A stretch of DNA of 64,000 nt. It comes from the human T2T-CHM13v2.0 reference genome, Homo sapiens. The DNA is taken from NCBI RefSeq assembly GCF_009914755.1, contig NC_060942.1; one strand, written 5' to 3'. The notes beneath the pieces are model-generated. The model saw only the letters and a program-made list of their open reading frames with translations. It searched no databases and was not told the origin of the DNA. The translations under genes were made by a program, and so were the position numbers. Below are positions 14,261-29,370 of this stretch, one piece after another (the first letter of the stretch is position 1; each line of letters begins with the position of its first letter).

Positions 14261-15334
14261 ATGATATAGGAGCTCAGAGAATAGAAAGTTTGCAGCCAAC
14301 TGGAATGATCATAAAACCTATAATAGAGAAAGAAATGTCATTGTTATAATGTGTATGTGGTAAGTGTTAAAATACATATAGAGTACTAGGGGAAATGCTT
14401 CCCTGGTGTTAAAAAAAGTTGAAAAAGTTGAGTTTGGCTCCCTAAAAAAAATACTTCTAATAATTTATGGAACTATTTTTTTGCCTAAATATGCAGCACA
14501 AAAGCAATTATATGTCATTAGATAGATGAGGTTACTTTTGTGAAGTATTTTTAACTTGATATATACTAAATTCTGTTTATGACTGCTGTTTTCGGACTGT
14601 TGCTTATATATCCAGTCATTTGAGTCTTCCAGTTAGAACATTCAACTTGACTACAGTAATAACCATAAGAATCCATGAGAAATTTCTAAAGATTCTGATA
14701 GACCTTGGTGAAGATGAGGTGGAGTAAAAATGACCTTAGGTTTTAGCCCAAGAACTACTCTCTGCTTTTCTGTGTGAGTTCATCTACTCTGAGGGCTTTA
14801 CCTTGTGCCTCTGCTCACAAATCAGCACTGCTAACAAGACCCTCTCAGAGTCCTGTCCTCTACTAGCATTCTACTGTGGCCCAGATAAAATTTGAGTTAT
14901 TTATCATCCTTTGCTGACAAAACCAGCTCCTCCCTCCCCTCCCCAATTACCTCATTTTTGAGTGGTAGCTTTATACTACCAGGTTTTCAGTCAGCACTTA
15001 GGAAAAAGGACAGAGCTTTGAGACTCCAATTAGAAAGCAGGAATAACTAGCAAATCAGGAAGTGATTTGCTGGTCAGAGCCAGAGGAATTCAGCCAAAAG
15101 AATAGGATGGTGGTGGTGGGAATGTTGAGGAAGGGTGACTCGTGCAGTAAAGAGAAGAACCTACAGAACTTGGATGGAAACTGAGTAGAAGGACTTTAAA
15201 CTTTTCTGTTCAGAAATGGAAAATTCCCCGTGCTATGCAAATTTGACTGCGGTCCCTTGGAACTTGGACTGTGGCTGTAATTCTGAAATAAAGGCATTGC
15301 CCTATTTTAACATTAAAGAGGTCAAGGAGACAGT

Positions 15335-15832
15335 GGCTTTATTACTTTTCTATTGGTGTATAACAGAATACTCCAAAACCTAGCACCTCAGAAACAATGA
15401 ACAATTTTTGAGGGTCAGAGCCAGAGCAGCTTAGGTGGGTGGTTCTGGCACAGGGTCTCTCATGAGGTCACATGGGGAGGCTGCAGTCGTCTGAAGGAAG
15501 ATCAGCCTCCAAGATGGCTGACGCATAGCCGACAAGTTGGTGCTGGCTGTTGGCAAGAATCCTCAGTTCCCTGCCACATGGATCTCTCCACAGGGCTGTG
15601 TGTCTGCATGACCTGGCTCCCGCCGATTGAGTGATCCATGACAGAGCAGGGCAAAAGCTGCAAGGTGTATTATGACAAAGCCAAACACCCTCATTTCACA
15701 ATATCTTATTGTCACAATATCTTATTGTCACAATATCTTACTGGTTACATGGGTCAACACTTTTCATTGTTGGAGGGGACTGCACAAGGGCATGAGAATT
15801 GTTGAGGGCTTTCTTGGAACCTGGCTACCACC
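15335..15832. mobile_element. MLT1-type MaLR LTR
   Basis: CCAAGATGGCTGAC...GCTGGCTGTTGGC; ends CTGGCTACCAC. Confidence 0.7.
15696..15743. repeat. 16-bp tandem repeat TCACAATATCTTATTG x3
   Basis: Read directly; third copy has one mismatch. Confidence 0.92.
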
Positions 15833-16366
15833 ATGACCAGAGGAGCAAGTTAAAGTGTTCTGAGGGGTCAGACAGATAACAAACCAGCTGGGATAAGGAG
15901 ATGTAGGGAGTAGAGGGGATTGCTTGTTGAACACTTATGGCCTGCAGGAATTTCCAGGATGCTGGTCAAGTGATTCCTTATTGTACAGTTGTTTAAAATA
16001 TCTGAAATTTAGGTTATGTAAAATGTTCAGTTTTTTTTAAATGTTGGCAAACTAATTCAGTTTTTAAAAGAGGCATTTTAAAGGTCATCCTGGGGATTAC
16101 TAAATGAACCTCTGTGCAGACTGCATGTAGTTTGGTAGCTGCCAGGTTATGACTTCTGATCTACTTAACACTTATTTAGTGGATGAGGAAAATGAGGCCT
16201 GGGGAAGCCGAAATGACCAGCAGTCATACAACTTGTGAATGATAGAACTGGAATTAGAATCCATGTCTCCAGCATCTCCATTAAACCATAATGACAACAT
16301 TGAAAAACTAAGGGGAACTAGATGCATAAACAGCCAATGTGATCTAAGTGGTTAACTTAATAATCT

Positions 16367-16535
16367 AAGTGGTTCTCAACCTTCAATGTGCATTGAAATC
16401 ACCTGGTGCGTTTTTGAAAATACAGATGCCTGGGCTCCACCCCCAGACATTCCATTACCTTGAGGCTATAGGCATCACTTTTTTGAAACTTCTGAGGTGA
16501 TTCTGATGTGCAGCCAAGATTGAAACCAGAGGATT
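16367..16535. mobile_element. MER5-type hAT relic
   Basis: AGTGGTTCTCAAC...GGTGATTCTGATGTGCAGCCAAGATTGAAACCA. Confidence 0.75.
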
Positions 16536-16825
16536 TAACTGCTTTAAGAGCCGTATTTACTTGCTCTAGCTGACTTGAGATACTTAAAGGAAGAAGCCTC
16601 AAAACAATGTTGAGGAAATCATAGGTAGCTGACAGAATGTGCTCTGTGAGCATCTTCCCCAAGCTTTGATAAAGCAATATATGCTGAAGTATATAGACAG
16701 TTTCTGCTTATTAATGATGATGGTGTCCATGTTTCTGTTTGCATATCAGTACTGCAGGTGACTTTGCAAACATTTTTATTATCAACTAAGTATGTTGATA
16801 CCACAGCCACCTATAATACATAATA

Positions 16826-17468
16826 CAGTAGTCCTATATGATGCTTCTTTCCACGGTCCATGGTTTTGCTTCCTCGGTTTCAGTTGCCTGTGGTCAACTG
16901 AAGTCTGAAAATAAGTGAGTACAGTACAGTGAGATATTTTCAGAGAGAGATCTCATTCACATAATTTTTATTACAGTATATTATAATTGTTCTATTTTAT
17001 TATTGTTAATCTCTTACTGTGCTTAATTTATAAATTAAACTTTATCGTAGGTATGTATGTATAAGAAAAAACAGTGTATATAGTCATTCATCTGTATCTG
17101 CAGAGGGCTGGTTCCAGGACCCTCCTGCAGATACTAGAATCTGCAGATGCTCAAGTCTCCCATATAAAATGGCATAGTATTTGCATATAACCTACACATA
17201 TCCTCCTGAATACTTTAAATCATCTCTAGATTGCTTATAATACCTCATATAATGCAAATACTATATAAATAGTTGTTATAGTGTATTTTTTATTTGTATT
17301 TTTATTGTTGTATTTTTCCAAATAAATGAACAATTGATTCTCGGTTGAATCTGTGAGTGCGGAACCTGTGGATATGGAGGGCTAACTGTTTGGGTTGGGT
17401 ACTATCCCTGGTTTCAGGCATCCACTGGGGTCTTGGAATATATCCCCCTCAGATAAGGAGGGACTGCT
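16826..17468. mobile_element. MER44-like Tigger relic with nested MER2-like element (~17081-17388)
   Basis: TA-flanked CAGTAGTCC...GGACTGCTG termini; inner GGTTCCAGGACCC...GATATGGAGGGCTAACTG. Confidence 0.7.
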
Positions 17469-18289
17469 GTATCAATTCCTACATGCCTGCCTTTGATGTA
17501 ACCTCTGAGTACTACTTATATCCTGTAGTTCACTTTGTATTAGAAATTTATAGCAATATCAGAGTAACAGTGTTGCAGAGGAAGGAAGAAGTGTTTTTAC
17601 TGCTATTGAGGGTTATTACATTCATTTTGTGCTGTGTTCTGTATGGCTATTTTCTGTCTGTAAGGGTTGGATTAGTTTTTTGTGTTTTTGTTTGTTGTTG
17701 TTTTTGAATGCTTCTTGGTTAAACATTAATAAATTGGACAGTCCTAGATCAAAGTTTCAAAGGAAAGCCATAACTGATAGTTGCCACCTGACTAAACCCA
17801 ACCAGGGCTACTACACTGCACAGTTCCAGGGAGTGCCACTCACATTTCATTTACTCACTGCAACTCTATTCTGTACCTTGGTTTTTCTGGTGTAGATTGA
17901 CTTGATTTGAAAACTCAGTTTGTCTAGGATTTGAATTTAGAGGATTGTAGGTGCTCAGAAATCAGTGTTGAATTATATTGGTGGCATTGCAAGTTTTAAA
18001 AAATTTTGTGCTAAACTCAAAATAATTAGAAGAGTATTTAGTAGGAAGTAGAAAATATACAAGGAGAAACAACCTGTAACAAATGGGATTTGAATCCTAG
18101 CTCTGCCACTAGGTGACCTTGGGCAAGATTATTTAATATCTTTGACCTTCAGTTTCTTCATTTGGCAGGTGGGCATGTTTCATTTAATGTACATAATGTT
18201 TCTAGCACATGAGTCACTTAATAAATGGTAGTAGCTGTAAGTTGAGTAGATCTTTAATTCTCTCTCTGTTCCTAAGGCAGAGAAGTAGA

Positions 18290-19070
18290 TCAGGGCAACT
18301 GGGGCTGGAAAAATAGCAGGAACAAAGATATACAAGATAAGATGTGGCATGGTACCTTGGGGACATTTGCAGTTTGGTGTTGCTAAAGGAAAAGTACAAA
18401 GCAGGGAATGGCTAGAGAGGAGGCTGGAAAGGTCATTCTAGAGTAGGGAAAGGAAGACTCATGCACCATGTTTAGGAACTTGGTACTTTATCCTTTAGAA
18501 AGTGGAGAGCCAAAGAAGATTTTAAAAAGTGGAATGACGAGGTCATATTCATGTTTTAGACAGCCCTGGCTAGAAAACTAAGGGTAGTTTTGAGAGAGCC
18601 GAGAGGCAAGGGGATAGTGAAGAGGCCATAGAAATATTTTACACAAGAGATAATGAGGATCCAGTTTAGGGTGATGACAGAGGAATGAGGAAGATGAGCA
18701 ACTCTGAGAAATATTTCTCAGAGGCAGGGCTTGGTTCATCAGGGAGAGGGATTGGGGAGGGTGACTCCTAGGTTTCTGGCTGCTGGGTAGATGATTGGAA
18801 ACAAAGATGGTAAAGTTCAGGAGGGGAGAGATAATTGAGTTTTCAGCATGTTGATTATGAGTGTCTGTGGCATATCCAGATGGGTGCCTTTCACAGGCAT
18901 TTGGATGTTTGAGTCCAAGGCTCCAAGGAAAGGTCAGGCCTGGAGGTTCGGATTTAGGAGGTGCAGGCATTGTCATAACAGTGAAAGTTGATGAGATCAT
19001 CCAAGGAATGAAGACTGAAAAGAACTTTAAACCATGTGCTGCTAGAATACTGGGAAACATGAATATTTAA
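18290..19070. mobile_element. L2 LINE fragment
   Basis: Purine-rich L2-type text, e.g. GACTCCTAGGTTTCTGGC, GATGAGATCATCCAAGGA. Confidence 0.7.
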
Positions 19071-19975
19071 ACGGAGATAAACATCTAAGAGGAAAATGGA
19101 GGAGGAAATCTTAGAAATAGGAGAACTGAGCTAGAGTAAGTCAAATACACCATTTTACATAATCAGTCTTTCCAATATAATGCTTAGCCGTCTTCCTGAT
19201 TAGAGCGTAAGTTCTTCAAGGTTGGGACCCTTTCCACCTGGGAAAGTTCATTTCTACTGTTATGGAGCACCAGGCTAACAGTGGCTGTCTCTCCAAAGAA
19301 AAGAGGGATAAAATAGTGTGATGCAGTAGACTGATCCAAGAAGATTTAGACCAGATTTGGCAATTAAAGCAGTTGCAGTAGAGAACAGAAAGCCAGATTG
19401 TGGTGGGTTGAAAAGTGAGTGGGAAGTGAGAAGGTGGAGGAAGCCAAGATACTTATTTCAGAAGGGAAGGAGAGAGGGTGGTAATTTCTTTGGGGGCCAG
19501 AGTTCCCTTCAGATTGATTATTTTGATGCAACTTTGCCTCACTTTTCAGCTGATACTGTATGTGTAGTTTTTATAGGTACCATATACGTATACAAATGTA
19601 CCACTGTTTTTAAATGAAGTATGAAAAAAATTTAAAATATAGTATTACTACATTGAGCCTATATCTGCTCTAACATATTTTGATTGGGACCAGTTAATGA
19701 ATTGTTTTTTGTTCTCTTCTATCAACTTGGCTTCTGTTTCCTTCTCTTGGGTGTCACCATCAGATGGTGATGGCTCTTCTAGTTATCAGGCTAACTAACT
19801 CCCTATTCTTTCTCACAGGCATTTCCCCTAATAAAATCCTTGGGTGTTTCATTCTGTCTTGGTATCAGCTTCTTAGAGAACTCGGACTAAACTTCAAAAA
19901 TGTTTAAATATAGTATATTTTTGGGTTAACTGTAGAAGTAGCATGATACAATTGACTGATTCTGATTTGATTTGA

Positions 19976-20264
19976 TTTTTTGAGACAGTGTCTCGTTTTG
20001 TCACCCAGGCTGAGGTTAGGGGCACCATTACGGTTCACTAGCCTCGACCTCCCAGGCTTAAATGATCCTTCCACCCCAGCCTCCCAAATAGTAGCTGGGA
20101 CCACAGGCATGTGCCACCACACCTGGCTAATTTTTTAAATTTTTTGTAGGGACAGAGTATCACTTTGTTGCCCAGGCCTATCTCAAATTCCTGGGCTCAA
20201 GCAGTCTTCTGGCCTCAGCCTCCCAAAGTGTTGAGATTATAGGTGTGAGCCACCGCACCCGGCC
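19976..20264 (-). mobile_element. AluJ-like
   Basis: Reverse Alu dimer. Confidence 0.93.
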
Positions 20265-21215
20265 TGATTCGTTTTTAAAAATAAGTATTTAACTCTTTTG
20301 GAACTTTTTCTAAATAACTCGATTACAAAAATTACTTGCTGATACTGAGAGAGAACTAATAATTTTTGCCTTCAGATGTATTTGACTAATCTTGAAGAAA
20401 TTGAGTCAAAATTTTTAGCATGAGAATGAACCTTAATCTAAGTTTTGGTATGTGAAGAAGAATGAAAACATAATCAAATGCCTTGTTAGTAGACTACATT
20501 CTGTCTCTGATTTAACCTTCGATATAACTAAGGTCAAATAACAAACTAAGTTACAAGGAAGAGAAGAAAATTAACATTTATTTAGGACTTGTATATGGGG
20601 AGGGTAAGGAGTTGGAATGTTAGAGTAAGGACTGTAAGGCTGGTGTACTTCAACACAACACCACTAAGCCAAGCTTCAAAACACCCTGTGGGATGTTCTT
20701 TAGCTTGAATAAATAGAAGTAGACAATAAATTTATATAAAAAATCCCAATACCAGAAGTCCTGGAGACTTAGGTCCAAAATCCCCTTGCTCAGTCATTGA
20801 CCTCTCTAGTCATTTGTTTTTCACATTGCGGGAAGTTACGGAAACAGTCTGCAAGACCATCATTTCTGACAGCAGTTTCAAGTTTGGATGTCCTAAGACC
20901 ACCCTTGCGTTTGATTATTTGCTAAGACTCACAGAACTCACTGAAAGCTGTTAGGCTCACAGATACATAGGTTTTCAGAGGTTATATGTAGCTAGTAACG
21001 GTGGAGCTGAGATTTGAACTCAGGACTTCCTAACTCCAGAGCTGATGGTATTTTTGTGTTTTATTTATTATTTAAAACTGCAAATTAAAAATGAAATGAC
21101 AAGTGCCTTTTCTGCTTGACATTTAAATTATTGGTGGCTTTCAGTAGAGTGTTGGAAGCTACTACCAAAGCCATATTACGGAGAATGGAGGAATGATTGG
21201 GAAGAAGAGAAAAGG

Positions 21216-21333
21216 GGCTGGGCACGGTGGCTCATGTCTGTAATCCCAGCAGTTTGGGAGGATCTCGAGCCTCAGAGTTCAAGATCAGACTGGGCAATAT
21301 AGTGAGAAACCCCCCATCTCTAAAATAAAAAAC
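21216..21333 (+). mobile_element. Alu left monomer (FLAM-like)
   Basis: GGCTGGGCACGGTGGCTCA...CATCTCTAAAATAAAAA. Confidence 0.85.
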
Positions 21334-21544
21334 AGAAGGAAAAATGAAGACAGTTCAGCATTAGACTGGTATTCTGAAAGTCTTGTCAAGGGAAAAGGGA
21401 AATGCAGGGATAGCTAGAAAGATGAAAGGGTGGGTTTGATATTTATAAAGATGAGACCTTTTTTGAACATGACTAGTCTTTTTACATATGTTATCTCAAT
21501 TAGTTCTTTGCATTGAAGTAGATATCATGTTTTACTGATGAAAA

Positions 21545-21647
21545 ATTGAGGCTCAGAGAGGTTATGTTATACTGGTAGTAAAATGGGAATAAGAGGATTG
21601 AGGCTCAGAGAGGTTATGTTATACTGGTAGTAAAATGGGAATAAGAG
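21545..21647. repeat. Perfect 51-bp tandem duplication
   Basis: 21545-21595 = 21597-21647. Confidence 0.95.
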
Positions 21648-21877
21648 TACCTACCATAGGCAACTGTTGTGAGGATTAAATGGGGACAGTCTTTGTCAGA
21701 GTAAGAAATCAACTTTGGAGACTTTCTCTTTGAGGAAGCCCTATGCCTTCATAACAGTGCTTGGCCAGAGTAAGTACTCCATAGATGCTAGCTATTGTTA
21801 GATATTTTAAATTCTCACTTCATAAAAATTGATCCCCTGAAGTTTAGGACAAGGTACATCAATAATTTCTATTGTGT

Positions 21878-22021
<144 letters not shown>

Positions 22022-22234
22022 TAATGTTTCAAAACTGCTTTTTTTCCACTCAGTCATTTAATTGTCACATTGAAAATAAAGTTTAGGTGCGTACTTATTC
22101 CTACCCAATTGAAGTAATAATTCCTTATTGATATTTTTACCTACTAACTTTAGGTATTATGTATTCTGTTTTTGCTTTGTTTTATACATTGTTTTGTTTT
22201 ATGTTTTTGTGTTTTTTTTTAAATCCAGAATTAA

Positions 22235-22459
<225 letters not shown>

Positions 22460-23743
22460 TAAAATAATAATTTGTCTCTTTATGAATCTTTTTTTTGTGT
22501 GATGTACAAATATTTCTCTCCTTGTCTCAAAAGGCCTCTGGAGAGATTTCTGGGTGTGGGAGGTGCTATTTTGGGGCTTGGCCAGTCATATGGAGATAAG
22601 CCTACAAGGTTGGGGACCTGGCAGATGCTGTGCCCGGGTAGGCTAATGTTCCTGTTAGCTAAATTTTTTAGGTCTCTAGATGGAAAGCCAGGGCATGGCT
22701 AGGCAGCAAAATACCAGAGTTTCAAACAAGTGTAGCTAAATAATATACTTAATAAAGGTTGAGTACAGGTTATAAACAAGGAGTGACAGTAAGTGATGAT
22801 GGTTATCTCTGGGAAGGAGGGGCAGTGCGACTGGAAAAGGGAACACAGTGAAGAAGACTTTCACAATATTTTGTATGATTTTTTTAATAACTAAATAAAA
22901 TGTAAAGATACAGGATTTAAAGCACACATAAACAGCCATTTGTATGTTGGTATATGGGTGTTAATATTCCTTGTATGATTTTGTTATTGTTTCTTAACAT
23001 GCATCCTACATGTTCTGGCCAGAGTCAGCAGTTAATTTACAGTTGGGAGTCAAGGAACTACAGGCAAAGGAGACCTTGATAGGCCAAAGCGGAGGGGGTG
23101 AGGCAGGCTGGGAGTGGGTCAGGGATGGCCTACAGTGAGACTTTGCGCTCTGTCCTCCTGCTTGGCTGACTGGCCAAAAAGGCAAAGAAAGAGGTGGGGG
23201 TTTTTTTTTTTTTTCCTCTCTTTTAATGCCTACAAAATGATCAGCTAGCTTTTATTCTTCTAACTTTTGATTTTGATTATTTCTCCTAACACATTGAAAG
23301 TAAAGTTTAGGTGTGTACTTATTCCAATCCAACATATGATTTTGAAAAATTTTAAGCCTACAAAAAGTGGAAAGAACATTATAGTGAACACCTATACATC
23401 TTTAGCTATATTCACTGATTGTTAACATTTTGTAACTTTTCTTTATCTAGGGTGAGAGTAGAATCAAAGATTTTTATCTGATTTGTTGACTTGTAGTTAG
23501 ATTATAACCTAGTGTTTCTCACATTCAGAATGTCTGAGTATGTTCTTGGGCAAGTCAGTACTGAAGAAGGCCTCTGAGGAAAATTGAGGAATGTAGCCAT
23601 CTTCCAAACATTGAACTCTCAAGTCTATACTCTGCTTATAATAGATGCTCAATAGATATTTGTTGAATGAACAAGTCATGGTAGAGTCAGAGGTTGTCTT
23701 TGAGACCTTCTGTTTTGCAGAAACCCATCCTTTTAAAGATACG

Positions 23744-24174
23744 TGTTAAAAGAACAATTTCAGCCTAATTAAATTTAATGGAGTTTAATTGAGCAATGAA
23801 CAATTTGCGAATCAGGTAACCCCCAGAATCACAGCAGATTCACAGAGACTCCAGTGCAGCCACGTGGTAGAAGAAGATTTATAGACAAAAAAAGGGAAAT
23901 GACGTACAGGAATTGGAAGTGAGGTATGGAATGGCTTGATTGATTACAGCTCGGCATATGCCTTATTTGAACATGGTTTGAACACTCAGCAGCGTATGAA
24001 TGGTTGAAGTATGGCTGCTGAGATTGGCCAAGGCTTAGCAGTTGTTACAGGCTCATACTCCTAAGTTAGGTTTTCAGTCTTGTCTGACTATTAAGCTAGG
24101 TTATAATTCATTCACAAGGACTCAACTGTAGAAGTACGGAGTCTTTCTCAGGCCATATTTAGTTTGCTTTAACA
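23744..24174 (-). mobile_element. ERV1 solo LTR (MER57-like)
   Basis: TGTTAA...TTAACA termini; 4-bp TSD TACG/TATG. Confidence 0.8.
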
Positions 24175-24190
24175 TATGTATTTACCTTTT

Positions 24191-24980
24191 AGGGGAACCT
24201 TCATACATTATTGGTAGGAATGTAAATAAGTACAGCCACTGTGAAGGACATTATGGAGGTTCCTCAGAGAACTAAAAATAGGAGCTCTCCCATATGATCC
24301 AGCAATCCCACTGCTAGGTATATACCCCCAAAAAAGGAAATCAGTAGTATCATTGAAGAGGTATCTGCACTCCCATGTTTATTCCAGCACTATTCACAGC
24401 AGCCATGATTTGAAAACACCGTAAGTGTCCGTCACCAGATGAACGGATTTTAAAAATGTGGTACTTATGTACAATGGAATACTGTTCGGCCATAAAAAAT
24501 GAGATCCTGTCATTGCAGCAACATGGATGGAATGGAAGACATTATGTTAAGTGAAATAAGCCAGGCACAGAAAGACAAACTTCACATGTTCTCACACACT
24601 TGTGGGAGCTAAAAGTTAAAATAATTGAACTCATGGAGATGGAAAGTAGAAGGATGGTTATCAGAGACTGGGAAGGGCAGGGAGAAGAGCGGGAATTGTT
24701 AATAGATACAAAAGTATAGATAGAATGAATAAGATCTAGTATTGGATAGAATAACAAGGTGACTGCAGTCAGCAGTAATTTGTTGTACATTTTAAAATAA
24801 CTCAGTATAGTTGGAATGTTGGTAACACAAAGAAATGATAAATGCTTGAAGGGATGGCTATGCCATTTACCTTGATGTGATTATTTTGCATTATATGCCT
24901 GTATCAAAGTATCTCATGTACCCCATAAATATATACACCTCTTGTGTACCCAAAGCAATTTAAATAAATATCAATTTTTA
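24191..24980 (+). mobile_element. L1MA-type 3' fragment
   Basis: ORF2 end GATCCAGCAATCCCACTGCTAGGTATATACCC; 3' UTR; 20-bp TSD. Confidence 0.9.
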
Positions 24981-26103
24981 AAAGATACGTATTTACCTTT
25001 CAAATCAACAGATTACATTGGATGTCTTGAGCGGGTCCATAAGTGCTTAGCCTAAACCAATTCATTTTAAATCCCTGTAACTTTTTGTACCCTAGCGTTC
25101 TCTTCACACCTTTTGGTTACAGTTTTTCTTCCCCCCCAAAAATGCTGCAAGTGAGTTGGGTTAAATCTGGAGGTAGGAAAGTAGATCTTTTTAGCTACTT
25201 TAACTTATTCAGTGAATCTTGAGTTTAATTTTGGGCTAATTTTGATATTGGAACATTGAGTAAGTGTAATCAGGTAGGACTGCAATGCAGTGAAATAGAT
25301 GCCAACATGATGTTTACATTTCACCCAAATTCCCAGAATTAAAACTTACATATGAACTATAATGGTAGCTTTGATTGTCATTCTAGCTTTGACTTAGTTG
25401 GGTATAATTTTGAGATGGTTCCTTAGATATGAATATCCGACTAATAGATGTTCTTTTCATGTAAAATCATATAAACTTAATGTTGGAAGATACCTTTGAG
25501 ATACCAACTTTAACCAGTCAATGTTAGACTTTTTTAAAAAAAGAAGTAAATTCTACATAAGGCAGCACTGAACGAAGGATCTGGAATACTGGGTTTGAAT
25601 GCCAGTTCTGCCACTTCCTCCTATATCACACAACCAGTGGTAGAACTGGGATTCAAACCCAGTATTCCAGATCCTTGGTTCAGTGCTGCTTTTCCCACAC
25701 CATGGGGCCTCAAAAACACTCCCACCATGTCTGGCCATTCCAGGGAGATTTCTTCCAGCTCCTAGGGAAAGGTCAGGGGAGTTCCCTCACCACTGCACTA
25801 AAAGAAGTGTTCACACTTGGAATGGAGATTAAGATTTCCCATTACAAACAATACCAAAGAAGACCACAGTTCAATGACATGTGTAAACAGTGTTTGAAGA
25901 TATCTAACATTGTTCAAAATAAGCTGCCAATTCAAAACCATGCTAATAGTTTAAACTTAAATGGCCAACTTATAAATACAACTTTGAAGCATATCAACTT
26001 ATGGGCATCTGTACCACAACTGGAAGTGTGAATATTTAGATTTTTTTGTATGACTGGTATTGAACTGACTCCCCTGATGGACCATTGATGTTATCAACAT
26101 TCA

Positions 26104-26295
<192 letters not shown>

Positions 26296-26567
26296 TTAAG
26301 ATGTAATAATGTGGCACTGCCTGGCTTCAGGTTTTTGTTTTGTTTTTAATGAAAAATAATGAACAGAAAGTTCACATAAACGAATAAATAACCTTCAATA
26401 TAAGCCTGGAATACATTTTTATAATGATGTATCAAATATTTTTTAAGTTGTCAAAAATAATCTTTTTAAAATGTTCTTAAAGTTAATTGAAAAATTAGTT
26501 TCAAATGATGTACATTTTTAAAATATGTTGGGGAGCATAATAATAGTGAAATAACTATTGAAATTAA

Positions 26568-26855
<288 letters not shown>

Positions 26856-27091
26856 TAGAAAATATTTGCTTAAGAATAATTTTGTAAGCATATGATCTGT
26901 TTCTGAGCTTTTAAATGATTTGATCTAATATTAACACAGAACTCTAAGAATAATTGGAAAACATAATGATATAGTTCATATAGCCTTAGTTCACTAACTT
27001 ACTTTGTTTATAGATATGGATATTCTGAAATATTTTATACGATTGACTAGCTTTAGGAATGAACCATCAAAGTGCCAGGAAGTATTGATGA

Positions 27092-27292
<201 letters not shown>

Positions 27293-27509
27293 AAGAACTT
27301 TAGCTAAAATCTTCCAGTTACATTGTCTTACTCTCTTTTACTTCTCAGACACTTCCCCCACCCTCATAGAACCTGTTGCATGCAACTTAGTTTCACAGCT
27401 TTGCCTCTTCTTTTTGATGTATTTATTCCAGACCTTTCTGCCACTTAGCACTTGTATAATCAGACTGGAAATGGGGATGAGGGTGTAAATTGTATTGAAA
27501 AAGATCGCG

Positions 27510-27612
27510 AATAAAAATCAACAAATGTGAAAGCCCAGAAAAATATATTCGTATTTCTGGTTTTGCTGGATTTTTACATTTTTATATAATAAAAATGTTA
27601 TTTTGAAATAAA
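27510..27612 (+). terminator. MYL12B: MYL12B polyadenylation signals
   Basis: AATAAA at 27510, 27588 and 27607. Confidence 0.8.
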
Positions 27613-28859
27613 GATTATGCTGACTCAAATGCAATGTAATGGCAAGTTAAACAAATGATTGATAGGTGGGGGTAGTCCTTTTTTCAGGTTTTCAACTTCA
27701 TATGATTCAGGTTTTATGGTAAAATTGATTTTTCACATATATGGGACAGTGTTCTTCAGAACTTTTAAGTACCCTTTAACATTATTATGCAGTAAAAACT
27801 AGTTATGCCATTGTTTCTTTCACGCTTCTAGTCGGATGCTTATTAAATGATAAATATAGAATGTATCTGGGAAAACATTAAACATTGCGTTCATCTAAGA
27901 TTCTGAGAAGAGGCAAAATTCCGAAGATTAGTTATTGTACATTTACTATATGTGGAGCGTTGTGCCTACACAATTTTTCTTGAATCTTCCCAACAACCTT
28001 GTGGGATTTTTATTAGCCCTGTATTTCAAGTGGGAGGACCTAGCATACTTGAGTAGTTGATTAGGGTAACTATTAGGACGTGAGTTGGAATTCCAACCTA
28101 GGGCACCTAACTTCAGAGCTCACAGTGCTGGAACCACGATACTGTCTCTGAAAAGCCCCAAATGTCTAAAAGAGTCAAGACATTTCTGTTCTATTATGAT
28201 ACAATTCTGTGGTCATTATTGAAATTTAAAATAATCGGGGTAATTGATGATTGGAACAGAATTTCAGAAAATTCTATTCCAGGTTAAAATAAACAATACT
28301 ATTGTGTGTTTGAAGGCACTTCATGTAATATATAGACTAGAAAAGAGCCGAAAGACAAGGTTGCTGTGAGCTCAGAATCCTCAAGGCCAAGCAATACGAG
28401 AATAAAGAGAACAATCTAAAAAAGGAAAAAATCCGTTTTAAAAAATTACCCAACGTTGTTCAATACCGATTTCCCCTCTTAAAAGTATTGTGATGGTATT
28501 TTGTCTGCTTAACACCAAAGCATTTATATGTTGTTTAATATTGGTGCTTTACAACTTGGGGCAGTAGGCTGGTCTGTATTCACTTGCTAACAATTTGCCT
28601 GGGCTTCCTTTTATCATTAGAATGAGGGAGCAGCTCATATGAACTGTCACATTTATTACCCAATCCTCTTAGTCTCTGAGGTATCAGTTCTACTTTTTAT
28701 TAATAGACCTGAGGTTTAGACTGAAGCTCCTGCCCAAGATCTAACAAATATAAGAATCTACATCTGGCTCTTTTTTCCACTTAGAAGCTTAAACTCACCA
28801 CAATGTGTCACAAAACCAGGTGGAGAATTGTGTGTTTCACAGGAAACAGAAAAATACGG

Positions 28860-29370
28860 TGGGATAATCTTGATGATTATTGAACCATTGTCAACCACCT
28901 GTTATGTACCCTACACTGTTGTAAGGGTTGGGGATAACTGGGGGGTGGGACAGACAAGGATGCTGCCCTCGTGGGACTGCATTCTCTGCTGGCAGACAAT
29001 CCATGTGCAATTTCAGGTTAAGTGCTGTGCAGAGAACTGGGCATGCATGACAGGGTGGTCAGGAAAGGCCTCTGGGTGGTAAGCTGAGATCTGAATGACA
29101 GGAAGGAGGTCCGGACCCATGTGAGGATCAGGGCGAGGCTGTCCACTCCAAGGCGCACGTGTGGTAGGAGCATCGGGAGAGCACATGGATGATACGGGTC
29201 CAGGGAGGGTATTTGGAGCAGAGTCCTAATGTGAAATGCAGGGAAGAAAGGTGATTTATATTTTTAAAATCAGTGTTGGTGCTGTGTCTTGAATGGAGGG
29301 GCACGAAGAGAAGCAAGAAGGCTGGTATGGAGGCTGTTGCCGTCGTCCAGGCAAGAGGGGGCAGCATGGA
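28860..29370. mobile_element. L2 LINE fragment
   Basis: GGTGGTCAGGAAAGGCCTCT...AAGCTGAGATCTGAATGAC; GGAGGCTGTTGCCGTCGTCCAGGCAAGAG. Confidence 0.7.

Noticed and set aside
15696-21647. Short direct repeats as a CRISPR-like array
   Set aside because: Head-to-tail copies without unique spacers, eukaryotic context, no cas genes
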